Shown here: piece after piece, positions 53,145 through 64,000 of the stretch
Layout: the number at the start of each line of letters is the position of its first letter
Position numbering within the stretch: the first letter of the stretch is position 1
Notes under the pieces: model-generated
The model's input: only the letters and a program-made list of their open reading frames with translations
Told to the model about the DNA's origin: nothing
The model's database searches: none
Source of the DNA: Octopus vulgaris
Lineage: Eukaryota
Direction of reading: 5' to 3'
Assembly: GCA_951406725.2 (NCBI GenBank)
Contig: OX597824.1
Coordinates: forward strand, 34,162,001-34,226,000
Length of the DNA stretch: 64,000 bases
Position numbers and translations under genes: made by a program

Positions 53145-54185
53145 GTATGAAGAACCATCATTCATTCATTCATGTGTTTTTTTAGCATCCTTTTGATGAT
53201 TTCCAATCATTAATCTAACTGTCTTTATTCATCCACAGCCTTTATACTTGTATTTTGTTGTAGGTTTTTTTGCGATTCATACTACGGGTCATTCTGGGGC
53301 GTCGGCAATGACATGGGGAGATTGTAGTTATTCGGTTGCCACTCCACTCTACGCAACTTTATTATCATCTCTCACACGTTCTTTCGCTGGCAAGCACATA
53401 TATACACACACAGACTCACACATATATACATACACAAGTGTGTATTAGTAGCTATTTAACTAAATGTCCATATATAATGTTTACGCATACATGCATATAT
53501 ACGCAGGGAGAGAGAGAGAGAGAGAGAGAGATAGCTATTTAGCTGTCTCTACATATAATATTTATAAACTGCTAGATACCGAATTGACATTACTTGAAGT
53601 TTGAAAGAAGTGAGTAAAACACTCCTGGTCGACGGTCAGATGCTCGGCTTCTGATAAGACGATATCCAAATAGTCGGGAGTGCTATTTTGTGTGTGTGTG
53701 TATATATATATATATAGATATATGTATTTATATATAACGGATTCGCGGTCAGCCTATTAATTACAAACAAATATTAACTTAACGAGACGTGTTGAATGTT
53801 CTTTTCTTTAGTTTATACAACTATTTGTCTAATTGTTGGCAAGCCTATCTGTCTAGTTATCACTATATATAAAACTATTTTACAGTATATATAAAAATGT
53901 ATGCTTTTGTGTAATTTGTATACACACACACCCATTTATTCATGTATAAATATATGTATTCAATCAAAAAGTGTTAACACCTAATAGTAACAAAAGTATA
54001 AGCAGTTTGATATTTTTTATATTACTGACGCTCACTTTCTAATCTTTCAATAGATGGGAAAGTTCCAATAGATGTGTGTGTGTGTGTATAGTTATATATT
54101 ATATTGGTATATATCTATATAAATTATACGCAATAGGTATGTGTGTTCCCTTTTGTACCCTCTCATAATTTTTTTTCTTTAAATA

Positions 54186-54491
54186 TTAGACATGGTGGAA
54201 AATTGATTTCCTACTATGTATTATAATAATAATAATGATGAGAAAGTCATAAAAATTAAGAATTTCTATTTAAAAAATCTCATTTCTGTATTATGTATTC
54301 ATGTTTAAATTCGCCTAACGTTAAGGCCTAAATTGCCTAACACTGAAATTTGCCTAACCTTGGGACGTGAATATACATAATACAGAAGTGAAGTTTTTTT
54401 AAATAGAAATTCTTAATCTTTATGACTCTCATCATCATCATCATCATTATTATTATGACATGGTAGGAAATGAATTTTAAACCATGTCTAT
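54186..54491. repeat. Inverted repeat (arms of about 120 bp) in PP1 intron 1
   Basis: tagacatgg...ttaagaatttctatttaaaaaa...ttctgtattatgtattca pairs with tgaatatacataatacagaa...ttttttaaatagaaattcttaa...ccatgtcta. The loop carries three gcctaa repeats. Confidence 0.85.
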
Positions 54492-55082
54492 TATTTTTTT
54501 AATTGGTGGTGGTGGGTTTACAAAAGGAAGACTTTCCCCGAGAGCTTCGTGCATTGACACTTAGTGCACGAAAATCTCGGCCCTTGAGTCGCTCTAACTT
54601 CTACCGATTATGAATAAAAAATAACAAAAATATACACTCACGTTTTGTGTTTTATATTCTTGTTTGCGTCACCAAACCTATGAGTGTGTGTAGTTTATAT
54701 TTACCTGCTGCTGCTGGGATGCAAGCTGAAACTTGAACAGTTCAGACTGAGTCAACTGGACGAAATGTTCTGATGCTGAAAGAGCCAAAACCACCTAGAT
54801 TGATGATGCATCCCAGAGCACTATCATGTGTCTTGGCACTTGTTTGTGTATATGTCCCCGTAACATAGTGGCTTGGCATAAGAAACCGATAGGGAAAAAG
54901 TAAAACGTGCTTGGGTCATTTCATTTGACTAAAAATTCAAGGCGGCGCCCCAGAATGGCCACAGTCTAATGACTGAACCAAGTAAAAGATAAAAGGAGAT
55001 ATCTGTGTGTGTTTGTAAAGTGAGAGAGAGAGAGAGTGATATATATATATACATACTCACACGCATACACACATATCAAACC

Positions 55083-55710
55083 CCATACAACATAAATTCA
55101 TGATTTATTAAAATTATCTCAGCCTCTAGAGAATGTGTCACCAAATGACAATTATGACAATATGACAACCTCCATATGAGGAGAGATAATTTCAAGAATC
55201 AAGAATTCTGTGAAGTTAACATTCCATTACGGATAAAGACAGGCTTATTATCTGGAGATAAAAGGACGATTATGCATACCTATTTCTGCCTTAATAAGCA
55301 TCACCAGAATGACAATTGTCCACTCTTATTACTAGTAGTGAAGGGACTTAACTAGTAGAACATATATATATATATATATGGCCTAAGTAATTTAAATAAA
55401 ATTAGATAAATTAAATAACTCAGACGGCTAGTGGCATGTATCTGAACAATATACACGTATACAAGTATATCAAATACCATACAACATATTTTCTTAATTT
55501 ATTAAAATTATCTTCACCTCTAGAGGATGTGTTAATTCCTAAATGGTAATTTAAACCTCCTCTACAAGAGAAGAGATAATCTCAAGACTCAACAATTCTC
55601 CAAAGTTAACGTGCTATTAAGGAAAAGGTCAGGCTTAGTGTCTGGAGATAAGGAGACAGATGTGGGCATGTTTCTTGCTCAGTAAGCATGACAATTGTCC
55701 AACCTTATGT
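55083..55710. repeat. Two diverged direct repeats of about 240 bp in PP1 intron 1
   Basis: ccatacaacata..ttattaaaattatct..cctctagag..gagataat..aagttaac..caggctta..tctggagataa..atgacaattgtcca occurs at about 55083-55330 and about 55477-55710. Confidence 0.8.
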
Positions 55711-56830
55711 ATGCCTCTTTGTATAGAGTTTGATGAGCTGTCCACAAGGCTGTGGCTTTCATGGTTTGGAAGAGGAAGAACTGGGACAAAGAATGACGTC
55801 TAGATGTTGAGTCTCACAGAGGTGATGATAAAGAATTGAGATGATTGGCAATTTACTCTGCTCAAAGAGTCCCTGTCTGTCTAAGCATAAATAAAATGAG
55901 GCCTTAAAAGCATATTATGTCTATACTTCTGCACCCAATCTGTCCCTGATGTATTTCTTTTCACTACTCATCTTCCTCACACTCATCCCTCCATCATTTT
56001 CTGACTATGACACTATTCATTCAGCTGCTGCAATTTTGAGAGCAGAACTGTACATATTCTACTTCACTACAACTCACTCTTCCCGGAACCACTTATTTGT
56101 CTCACATTTTCATTATCATCCCTTATAACTTTTATTTTCCACTGAATGTCCCTTCACATCCCCATTTCTCCTGTACGTCATCTTATTTTGCAAACAATTT
56201 CCTCTCCCACTCCTTCTGTTCATCTATTTCTACCCCTATGTAAATCTGACCTCATCCCTGGCACTGCATCTCTCACACCTCACTCCCATTAACTTCACAT
56301 CATCTGTGCTGCCAGTTATTACCTTCCTGAACTGCTTGTACTTCATTCTTCTTCACAACAATTGATATTCACAATTGACCACACCTCCACCTGTGTTTAT
56401 TTTCTCCATTCATCTCTATACCCTATCTACCTATCTATTACTTTCCTACCCACTCACCCTGTCCAAATAGACAGTGGAGAACAATTTAGTCCTGAAACCC
56501 GTTGTTTCCTGTCATATCGTCCAGCCCATACCAGGATGGACATTAAATATGTTTATACACTCTTGCACACACCCCTCATGTACAGTTACCTCAAGTTATG
56601 TAATTTCATGTGTGCATAATATGACTTCTAATTTCAGGATAAGTGCTGTAATTTACCCCTAACAGAAACTTGGCTCAATTTAAACAATTTAAAAAGTACA
56701 CTTCTTAGACAAAATCACTTCTCAGCATTTTAACTAAAATTACAGTATAATTAACAATTATAATTACGATATATATCACCATTATTATTTAATGATGATG
56801 GTATATATGAATATTTGTATGTTTGCACCG

Positions 56831-56866
<36 letters not shown>

Positions 56867-58543
56867 GGTGAAATTTTTTCACTGAATGTGTATCTTCTTT
56901 TGGATATTTTTTGGGTTACAATGAGTACATATATATATATATAAACTTTCATCAACGCCAAAACCATTGCAACCTCCTCCAATACCAACTCACCAACAAC
57001 TAGCAACAATACTATGAACAAGCAATTCCATCTACAATAATTAAGACAATGTAGTACCTTATTGTATTTCAAAATTAAATGAAATGTCTTTCATCTTAGG
57101 TAATGAGGATTGACTTGAGTCTAAAGAGCAACAACAATACAATTAACTAGCACAATATGACTACTGCCACCACAAAACAATACTCCCCCACCATCACCAA
57201 CAGTTAAGCCGATACAATCACCACCACCAACTTTTGAATAACCAACTGACTACAACAGTGTTAAATATAACTGTATCAGTGTCTGTTGCTACATATGTTG
57301 TATGTCAACACAATGTGTGTGTGTGTATGAGTAAAGTGTGTTATTATGGCTTTAGGGGTGCTTTCTGATAATGTGAGAGTAGAATTTATCCCTAAGAGTA
57401 CTTCTTTGCTCCAACTATTGTCTTGGAAGAAATTTCAAACAGCTTATGAAATCAGTTGACCAAGAATAAACCTACTGTTAGAGGCTTCTAAATGAAATTC
57501 AACATAATGGATGCTGTGAATAACAGCTGAGTCATGAGATGAAGTGAAACACTCAATTTTAAATGGTGTTTGGAAAAATGTGACCAAACTTCACAAGATT
57601 TCCATAAGCAGAAAGGATTTAAATAAGTCACAGAGGAAGTGTGCATGGGTATGCATGTCTATATGTGTAGTGTAGTTATGTATGAATGCATATACATGTT
57701 TATAAATGTGTGAGTGTGCCATTGTTTCCACATCTCCTGTCAACAAATTAGTCATTTATTTCATGCTGCTTTTAAAGACAAGATATAAGGAAACTTTGTT
57801 AAAAAAAGGAGAGTAAATAAGTGACAGGGAGGGTTTCCAACAATAAAACAATACATCGATAATATATTTATTATTTGCCCTTGTAATCATGGAAAATGGA
57901 TGTAAAATTGTGCAGTTGAATGAATATATTTGACAATGTATGGTGGGGTGCATGCACTGTAACAGCACATTGTTGCATCCACTATTTGTTGGTGGTTTCC
58001 TACTCCAGGCAGATGACACCTTTGCACCACTCAAGTGATACCCAGATCTGTTTGGGTCATAGCTGGTGAGGGTTTTATGAGGTTGAAGTGCACATCCTAC
58101 ATCAACCTCTTTTAGTTGCCTTTTACAACGTGCAGAGGAAGCATTGGATCTATTCTTGTCATGTCAGTCCCTATACAACATTAGAGCAATGTGAAATGAA
58201 GCGTTTTGCTCAAAGAACACAACACTCATGATCTGGCAGTTGTGTGTACAACACTCCAACCTCTAGGGCACATGCCTTCACAATGTATGGTAATTGCGAG
58301 ACTTACCATCCTACAAGTGATGCCTTTCATTTCCAATCTTGCATGGAAATATTACCTTACTTTAAGACATGGGAGTTGGCAGCAGGAAGGGCATCTGGTC
58401 ATAAAAATCTGCTTCAGTGAATTCTATTTGACCCATGTGAACATGGAAAAGTGGACATTACAATGATGGGGATGATGATGACTGTTCCTATATGTATGAA
58501 TATATGCATGCATATATATAAATGCATATGTATATGTCACATA

Positions 58544-58708
58544 TTGTTTTTTATGACCACCTCACATGTATGGCCCGTGCTACTAAAAGTTTCACGCACA
58601 TGCAATCCATGTGCGTTCTTCAGGCAGCTGAAGAACGTACATGGGTTCCATGTGTGTGAAACTTTTAGCAGCATGGGCCATACGTGTGAGGTGGGTCATA
58701 AAAAACAA
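58544..58708. repeat. Hairpin with arms of about 80 bp in PP1 intron 1
   Basis: ttgttttttatgaccacctcacatgtatggccc...gttcttcag-gcag-ctgaagaac...gggccatacgtgtgaggtgggtcataaaaaacaa. Confidence 0.92.
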
Positions 58709-59594
58709 CATTCTCGTTAGATGGAGCACTCTTTCTGTTGAACCTGGACATACGGACCTACTCGTAGAAACACTGCCAGATCAGACTGGGTCCGGTGCAG
58801 CCTTCTGGCTTCCCAGATCCCAGTTGAACCGTCCAACCCATGCTAGCATGGAAAGCAGATGTTAAACGATGATGATGATGATATATCTGTGTGTGTGTGT
58901 GTGTGTGTGATCAACCAGACTATTGTATGTTGTTATACATCATTGATCACAATGCATTTTTGCATCATTTTAACTTTTGAATGATGCCACCCCACTGGCT
59001 AGGCAAGCAGGCCAACTTTTCCCCCTAATCAGAGGGTTAGTCCGTCACAGGGTCATCCATTTGCAGCTGAGTGGACTGGAACAATGTGAAATGAAGTGTT
59101 TTTCACTCAGGAACGCTTTGCACTGACCAGTTTGGGAATCAAACCCATGATCTAGAAATTGTGAATGCAACACCTTAACCACTAAGCCACATACTTTCAC
59201 ATTTTTGTACATGTTTGTTTTAGCTCATTGATATATTTATTTGTTGTTAATGTGCTAAAACTTAGAACCTGTGTGTTAACATATTTCTCCTGTTCTTGGT
59301 ATTTACTACAATTTTTTGTAGAGGAAATTTTATTTTGTGTCCAACTCACTAAAATATATACAATACAAACATTTAAGCATACACTGTAAGTAGTGCTGGT
59401 TTTCCTAATGTATATTATTTTGTATTGATTGTATTGTACAATGTTATCCTATCCAATAACACCCGTTCTTTTTGCAATAGTTGTTGAGACATGATTTAAT
59501 TAACAAATGATTAAATTTGGATTTATGAAAAAAATTGTTATTTCTGCATTTAATTTCTATATTGAGTAAGAGATGTTGTTTTATATTTTGACAG

Positions 59595-59726
59595 TTAGAG
59601 GATGTCGGCCTGGGAAAATAGTTCAGATGACAGAGGCAGAAGTTCGCGGTCTTTGTTTAAAGTCCAGGGAAATATTTCTTAGTCAGCCTATTTTATTAGA
59701 ACTGGAAGCCCCTTTAAAGATTTGTG
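59595..59726 (+). CDS. PPP1CB: PP1-beta catalytic subunit, coding exon 2 ([45 protein letters not shown])
   Basis: Acceptor ttttgacag| and donor |gtaagt. 132-nt exon whose phase joins exon 1 (G+TT=Val). Near-identical to the PP1-beta sequence. Further exons lie outside the window. Confidence 0.96.
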
Positions 59727-60014
59727 GTAAGTTATTTCAATATCTTTTGTCTTTTACTTGTTTCAGTCATTAGACTGTGGGGCATCATCATGGAGAATTC
59801 TTAGTCAGATGAATCAACCCCAGACCTTTTTTTTTTAAGCCTGGTACTTATACTTATTCTGCTGGTCTCTTTTCCGGAACTGCTAAGTTACAGGGATGTA
59901 AACACACCAACACCAGTTGCCAAGCAGTGTTGGAGGACAAACACTGACTCAAAGATAAGTGTATGTGTGCGTGTGTAACCCATGCTAGCATGGAAAGCGG
60001 ACGTTAAACGATGA

Positions 60015-60063
<49 letters not shown>

Positions 60064-62771
60064 CTTACATACATACAGCAAGCTTATTTCAATTTCTGTC
60101 TGCCATATCCACTCAAGGCTTTGGTTAGCTAGAGGCTATAGTAGAAGACATTTGCCCGAGTTGCTACGCCTTGAAACTGAACCCAGAAGCTTATGTTTGG
60201 GAAGCAAACTTCTTACCACACAGCCACACCTGCACCTATATATTAGCATCATGTCCTTTTTGTTAAATAATGATAAAATGTTTCTCACTGCTGTCTTCAC
60301 ATCCTAACATTACAGCTGTTTAGTTTTGCAAGTTATTAATACTTAATTGTTTATATTTTAATTAATCTAAGTGAAATCATTAACTTGAAGGAAAAAAAGT
60401 TTTCTCTTTTGGGCAGACCTCCTTTCCATTACCCTTTAGTATTTAAACTGGCCATATCCAAATATTCTACCTGTTTTATGTTCAAACTGGCCAGATCTAG
60501 CCTCTCAAACCTACCCTACAATGTCATTCTAAAAATAAACTGTTACCTCGCTGAAGTCACAAAGCTATGAGATAATGCATGATTAATTAAAAACTGTGAA
60601 TAAGCAAGAATTATATTTGGTAGAGTAATCTGAATTTTAAAGGGTTAAACAGAAATGAAATGATTCTGCTCAGAATGTTAGACTTCTTCCTTACAAAATA
60701 ATTTATTCCACTTCATGTACTTTTTTCTGTTTATTGTACACCATTGCAGATCACTAGTTTGTTTGTATCTTCTATTCCATATAAACTTGAGCAGTTGTTG
60801 GTATGTTACTGGAAACTCAATTGTGTTTTTTTCACTGCAAGGTTCACCTATTTCAACAGAACAATCATCAGAGATATTCCAGCCACAACCATACTTTGTT
60901 ACTATAAACCAGTGTCTCCAACACCTACATTTTCTATATATCCGTCTTTTATTTAAAAAGAGAATAGAGTTCCTATTTGGAGGAAAATATACTTCTATTT
61001 CTAGCAGGTTGAGTGATCATATACAGGCTTCCTTGTTGAAAACCTGTTGATTTTGTTGGTTTAAGAAAGAAACCTTTAGAGTTTATAGATTTTATATTTA
61101 TAACAGTATTCATAAAATATAGTAGAAATGATTCTTTCTAATCAGTAAAAAATAAATCCAAATAAGGTTTGATCAATTTCAGTATAAATCTTATCTTGAT
61201 TTGATAGCAAAATAACTGAAATAATTGTAATAGAGTGGTGGGGGCAAAGCATTGTGTGATAAAAACCTGTTGAGGCTTAAGCAATACAAAATGAAATACA
61301 AAAGTGAAGACAGAACAACTTACTGTTGAGGTTTTACTTTGTATTTTGATATTTTGGGGTTAGGACCACTTCATCAGGACACATAGTAAAATGGGAGATG
61401 GAATAATGGTATTGTTGCTTGGATATGTAGGAGAAAGTAGTAACATATGCAGATTGGTGGTGTTACAGTAGTCGGTCTATTTTGTGTTCTTGTCTGTTGC
61501 ATTATGCTGATTTCAGCTTGATTATTGTGATAGTCGCTTTTTTTCAAAAGTTACTTGTGTTATGTTCTGTGGCCCCAATGCTACTTCTGGTCTGGTACTT
61601 CTGCAGATGTTCATGGACTGAAGTATTTGTATGCATATGTTCTTTGATAGGTTGGACAGATTTTGCATACTACATAATACCACTTCAGTTTTTGTCAACT
61701 CCTCTATGACTTCCAGTATTTTGAGATCTGATTTTACATCTTTCTCCCTTGGCTTCCTTTTCTATACATCATGCGTTCAAACCATTGTAGTCATTTCTTC
61801 TACACACAGCAACTAACAGCTTTAAAACTCAGCTGCTCTCTCAATCCACTTGTACTTTGTCTTTCACACACACATCTTACATATGATTCATACAAGTTAG
61901 CCTTTTGTACAAAGGGAAGCCCTTTGTTTATAACAAAGGCAATATTCTGAAATTCTCCCACCCTTTCCTTCTCTTAGACACTATGCTATAGCCAACACTA
62001 ATTAACTTCTTGGTAATGATAATTATTAGTTATGTCTAGTGAGTTGTCTGAGCAGTTCATAGACTTCATTTCATTGGTGCCCTTATTACTAACTCCACCT
62101 GTATATCTAACAGATCCAAAGAATTGGTTCTTTGACAGTGTGCCAAAGATTTCATTGCATTGTTTTGCTTTGAGTACACAGTAAATTGACTACTTGCCTA
62201 TTCCCTTTCTACATTGGAAAGCAAGGCTGTTTCCCAAATAAACCTGGAATTTATATTCTCTGTTATCAGTGAAGACTTTAGCCTGTATTATATTGATCTT
62301 TGAAATCTAGACCATTAGTTTAGGTCTGGAACAGTTCTTCAGATTCAACTGTTAGATCATCAGAATGTAAGAATTGTCAAGAACTATAATGAATCTGAGA
62401 AGACGGAAGTTTTCTGACCCTTGGCAGATTAAATTCCTTCCTGAACTTGTTACCAATTCTGACCTTGCAGAACTTGTACATGGTTTGAATGGCTGTTACA
62501 AGCGTTTCTCTACATCTAGTTTCTTGAGTTAGGGGCCCTATGAACAGCTTTCTCCAGATCAGCCTAGTTGAACAATTTGCTTTCAGCTTATAATTTATCT
62601 TGCTGTTATCTCATTAAAAGTGATCTTAGAGAACTCGGTTAATTAACTTAACATTTTCAATTGTTGATGACATCATGCATGGTTTTCAGTTTCTCTTTGG
62701 ATGGTTAAGTTGCTAATTTGTTACTAGATGAGGTGTGGTTATAGTTATAGTCTTTCTTAAAACATATTTAA

Positions 62772-62983
62772 CCCCTTAGCATTCAGATTATTCTGTCAAA
62801 TGTAATGTTCGTTTATTCACATTGATTCAAATTAATCATACATTATTTTGTAGCTTTGAAATTTCAATAATGTGATTGATTATTTTTAGAATAGCTTAGG
62901 TGTGAAGGGCCAAATCTGACTGGTTTGAACTTAAAATAGGTAGAGTATTTGGGCTGGGTGTGACCAGTTTAAATGCTAAAGGT
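62772..62983. mobile_element. piggyBac-type MITE copy (in PP1 intron 2)
   Basis: ttaa|ccccttagcattcagattattctgtcaaatg...aatgctaaaggt|ttaa. Confidence 0.75.
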
Positions 62984-64000
62984 TTAAAGTTTGACATAAC
63001 GATTATGATAAAGCATAATTTATTTTATGTATGAATGGAATTCAATACTTTTTATAGACATGCCATGTTAAAGCAATTTTTTAAAAAACTATTTTTGGCA
63101 TCTTTAGCATATTAAAATTGTACAATATACTATCCACTGTTTACATCTCCCAAATGTTCTTTGAGTATTCTCCAATAATAAAAAAAATTGAAACAGGGCA
63201 CATCCTCTCATGTACTACCCATAGCTCATCAGGGTAGCTAAATAAATAATAATCTGCTTAGTTGTGTCTTCACGTTAATGCAATAATTTCAAAACTTTCA
63301 CAAGAGATAAGCAGAATCAGTCTATAATGCCTGAATGTTATTTCTCTCTGTTACCACCTGGGAGATACTTCTTTGCCAATACCCTCCTTTTTCTTTCACA
63401 TTCTATTTTCATCTATTTATTCAGTCACTTACTCTTTTATGTTATTATATACCCAATACAATATTTTTTATTTACTACTATCTTTCTCTTTTTTCCCTAT
63501 CCCCCCCCCCCACTCTTTTTTCATTTTTGTTAACTTTACCTATCTCTCCATATCTCTATCCCTGAGTACCTACTTTCTTCAGTAGCATTGTAAATCTTCA
63601 GTTACCTATCAGTGGACCACTTCAAGAGTAGTGGGTATTGATTAACAACTGATAAGACAAATACCTGTGAAGTCCCTTTCATTCCAAATTGCTGATGACC
63701 ATCCAGTAACACAAATCTGATGATTCTAGTTGGGTGATAACACAGTTCTTGATTTACCAATTTTCACTGACGTTTCTTTTGAGTCATTCTGCTGTTGGTA
63801 AAGATTCCACAGTAGTAGCCCAGCTTTGTAAGATAATGTAATGGTTAGTAACACTTGTGAGTTGGCAGTCCACCCTCTTTCATCTACCATCAAATGAACA
63901 ATGATATGTTAATTGTTCTCAATCTATTGGATAATCTTCTCTATAATGTATATCAGCATTTGTCGATTTTTTTCCAAACTGGGCCCTGCTCATCACCTCT

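Noticed and set aside
55800-56620. Pyrimidine-rich stretch faintly resembling decayed Penelope coding sequence
   Set aside because: No continuous motif can be read. Evidence is insufficient.
59573-59773. 66-aa ORF as a stand-alone gene
   Set aside because: Only 59595-59726 is exonic. The flanking residues are intron read-through.
61345-61380. Minus-strand CTGATGA followed by a possible stem (hammerhead-like)
   Set aside because: The GAAA and stems I/III are not recoverable. Too degenerate to call.

Overview
AT-rich, microsatellite- and retroposon-dense eukaryotic genomic DNA. The SINE families and overall composition suggest a cephalopod such as Octopus (inference). The only host gene I can support is the 5' part of a protein phosphatase 1 beta catalytic subunit gene on the + strand: exon 1 at 53093-53144, exon 2 at 59595-59726, with the rest beyond the window. 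Most of the remainder is mobile DNA: two Tc1-like DNA transposon relics with terminal inverted repeats (TIRs), a hAT transposase relic, TTAA-flanked piggyBac-type MITEs, a Helitron-like element, R4/Dong, Tx1/L1, RTE and CR1-type LINE fragments, and many tRNA-derived SINEs. Features not explained by the ORF track: (1) at least five loci with type I hammerhead ribozyme motifs, tied to long inverted repeats and (TA)n tracts as expected for Penelope-like elements, including a perfect 160-bp palindrome carrying a hammerhead on each strand about 0.9 kb upstream of the PP1 start codon; (2) several retroelements that appear to have inserted into specific microsatellites, (TC)n, (TAA)n and (TA)n; (3) a LINE and a neighbouring SINE sharing a 3' tail; (4) a five-unit SINE concatemer inside one 16-bp target-site duplication (TSD); (5) long hairpins in PP1 intron 1. 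Almost all ORFs in the supplied track are artefacts of repeats.
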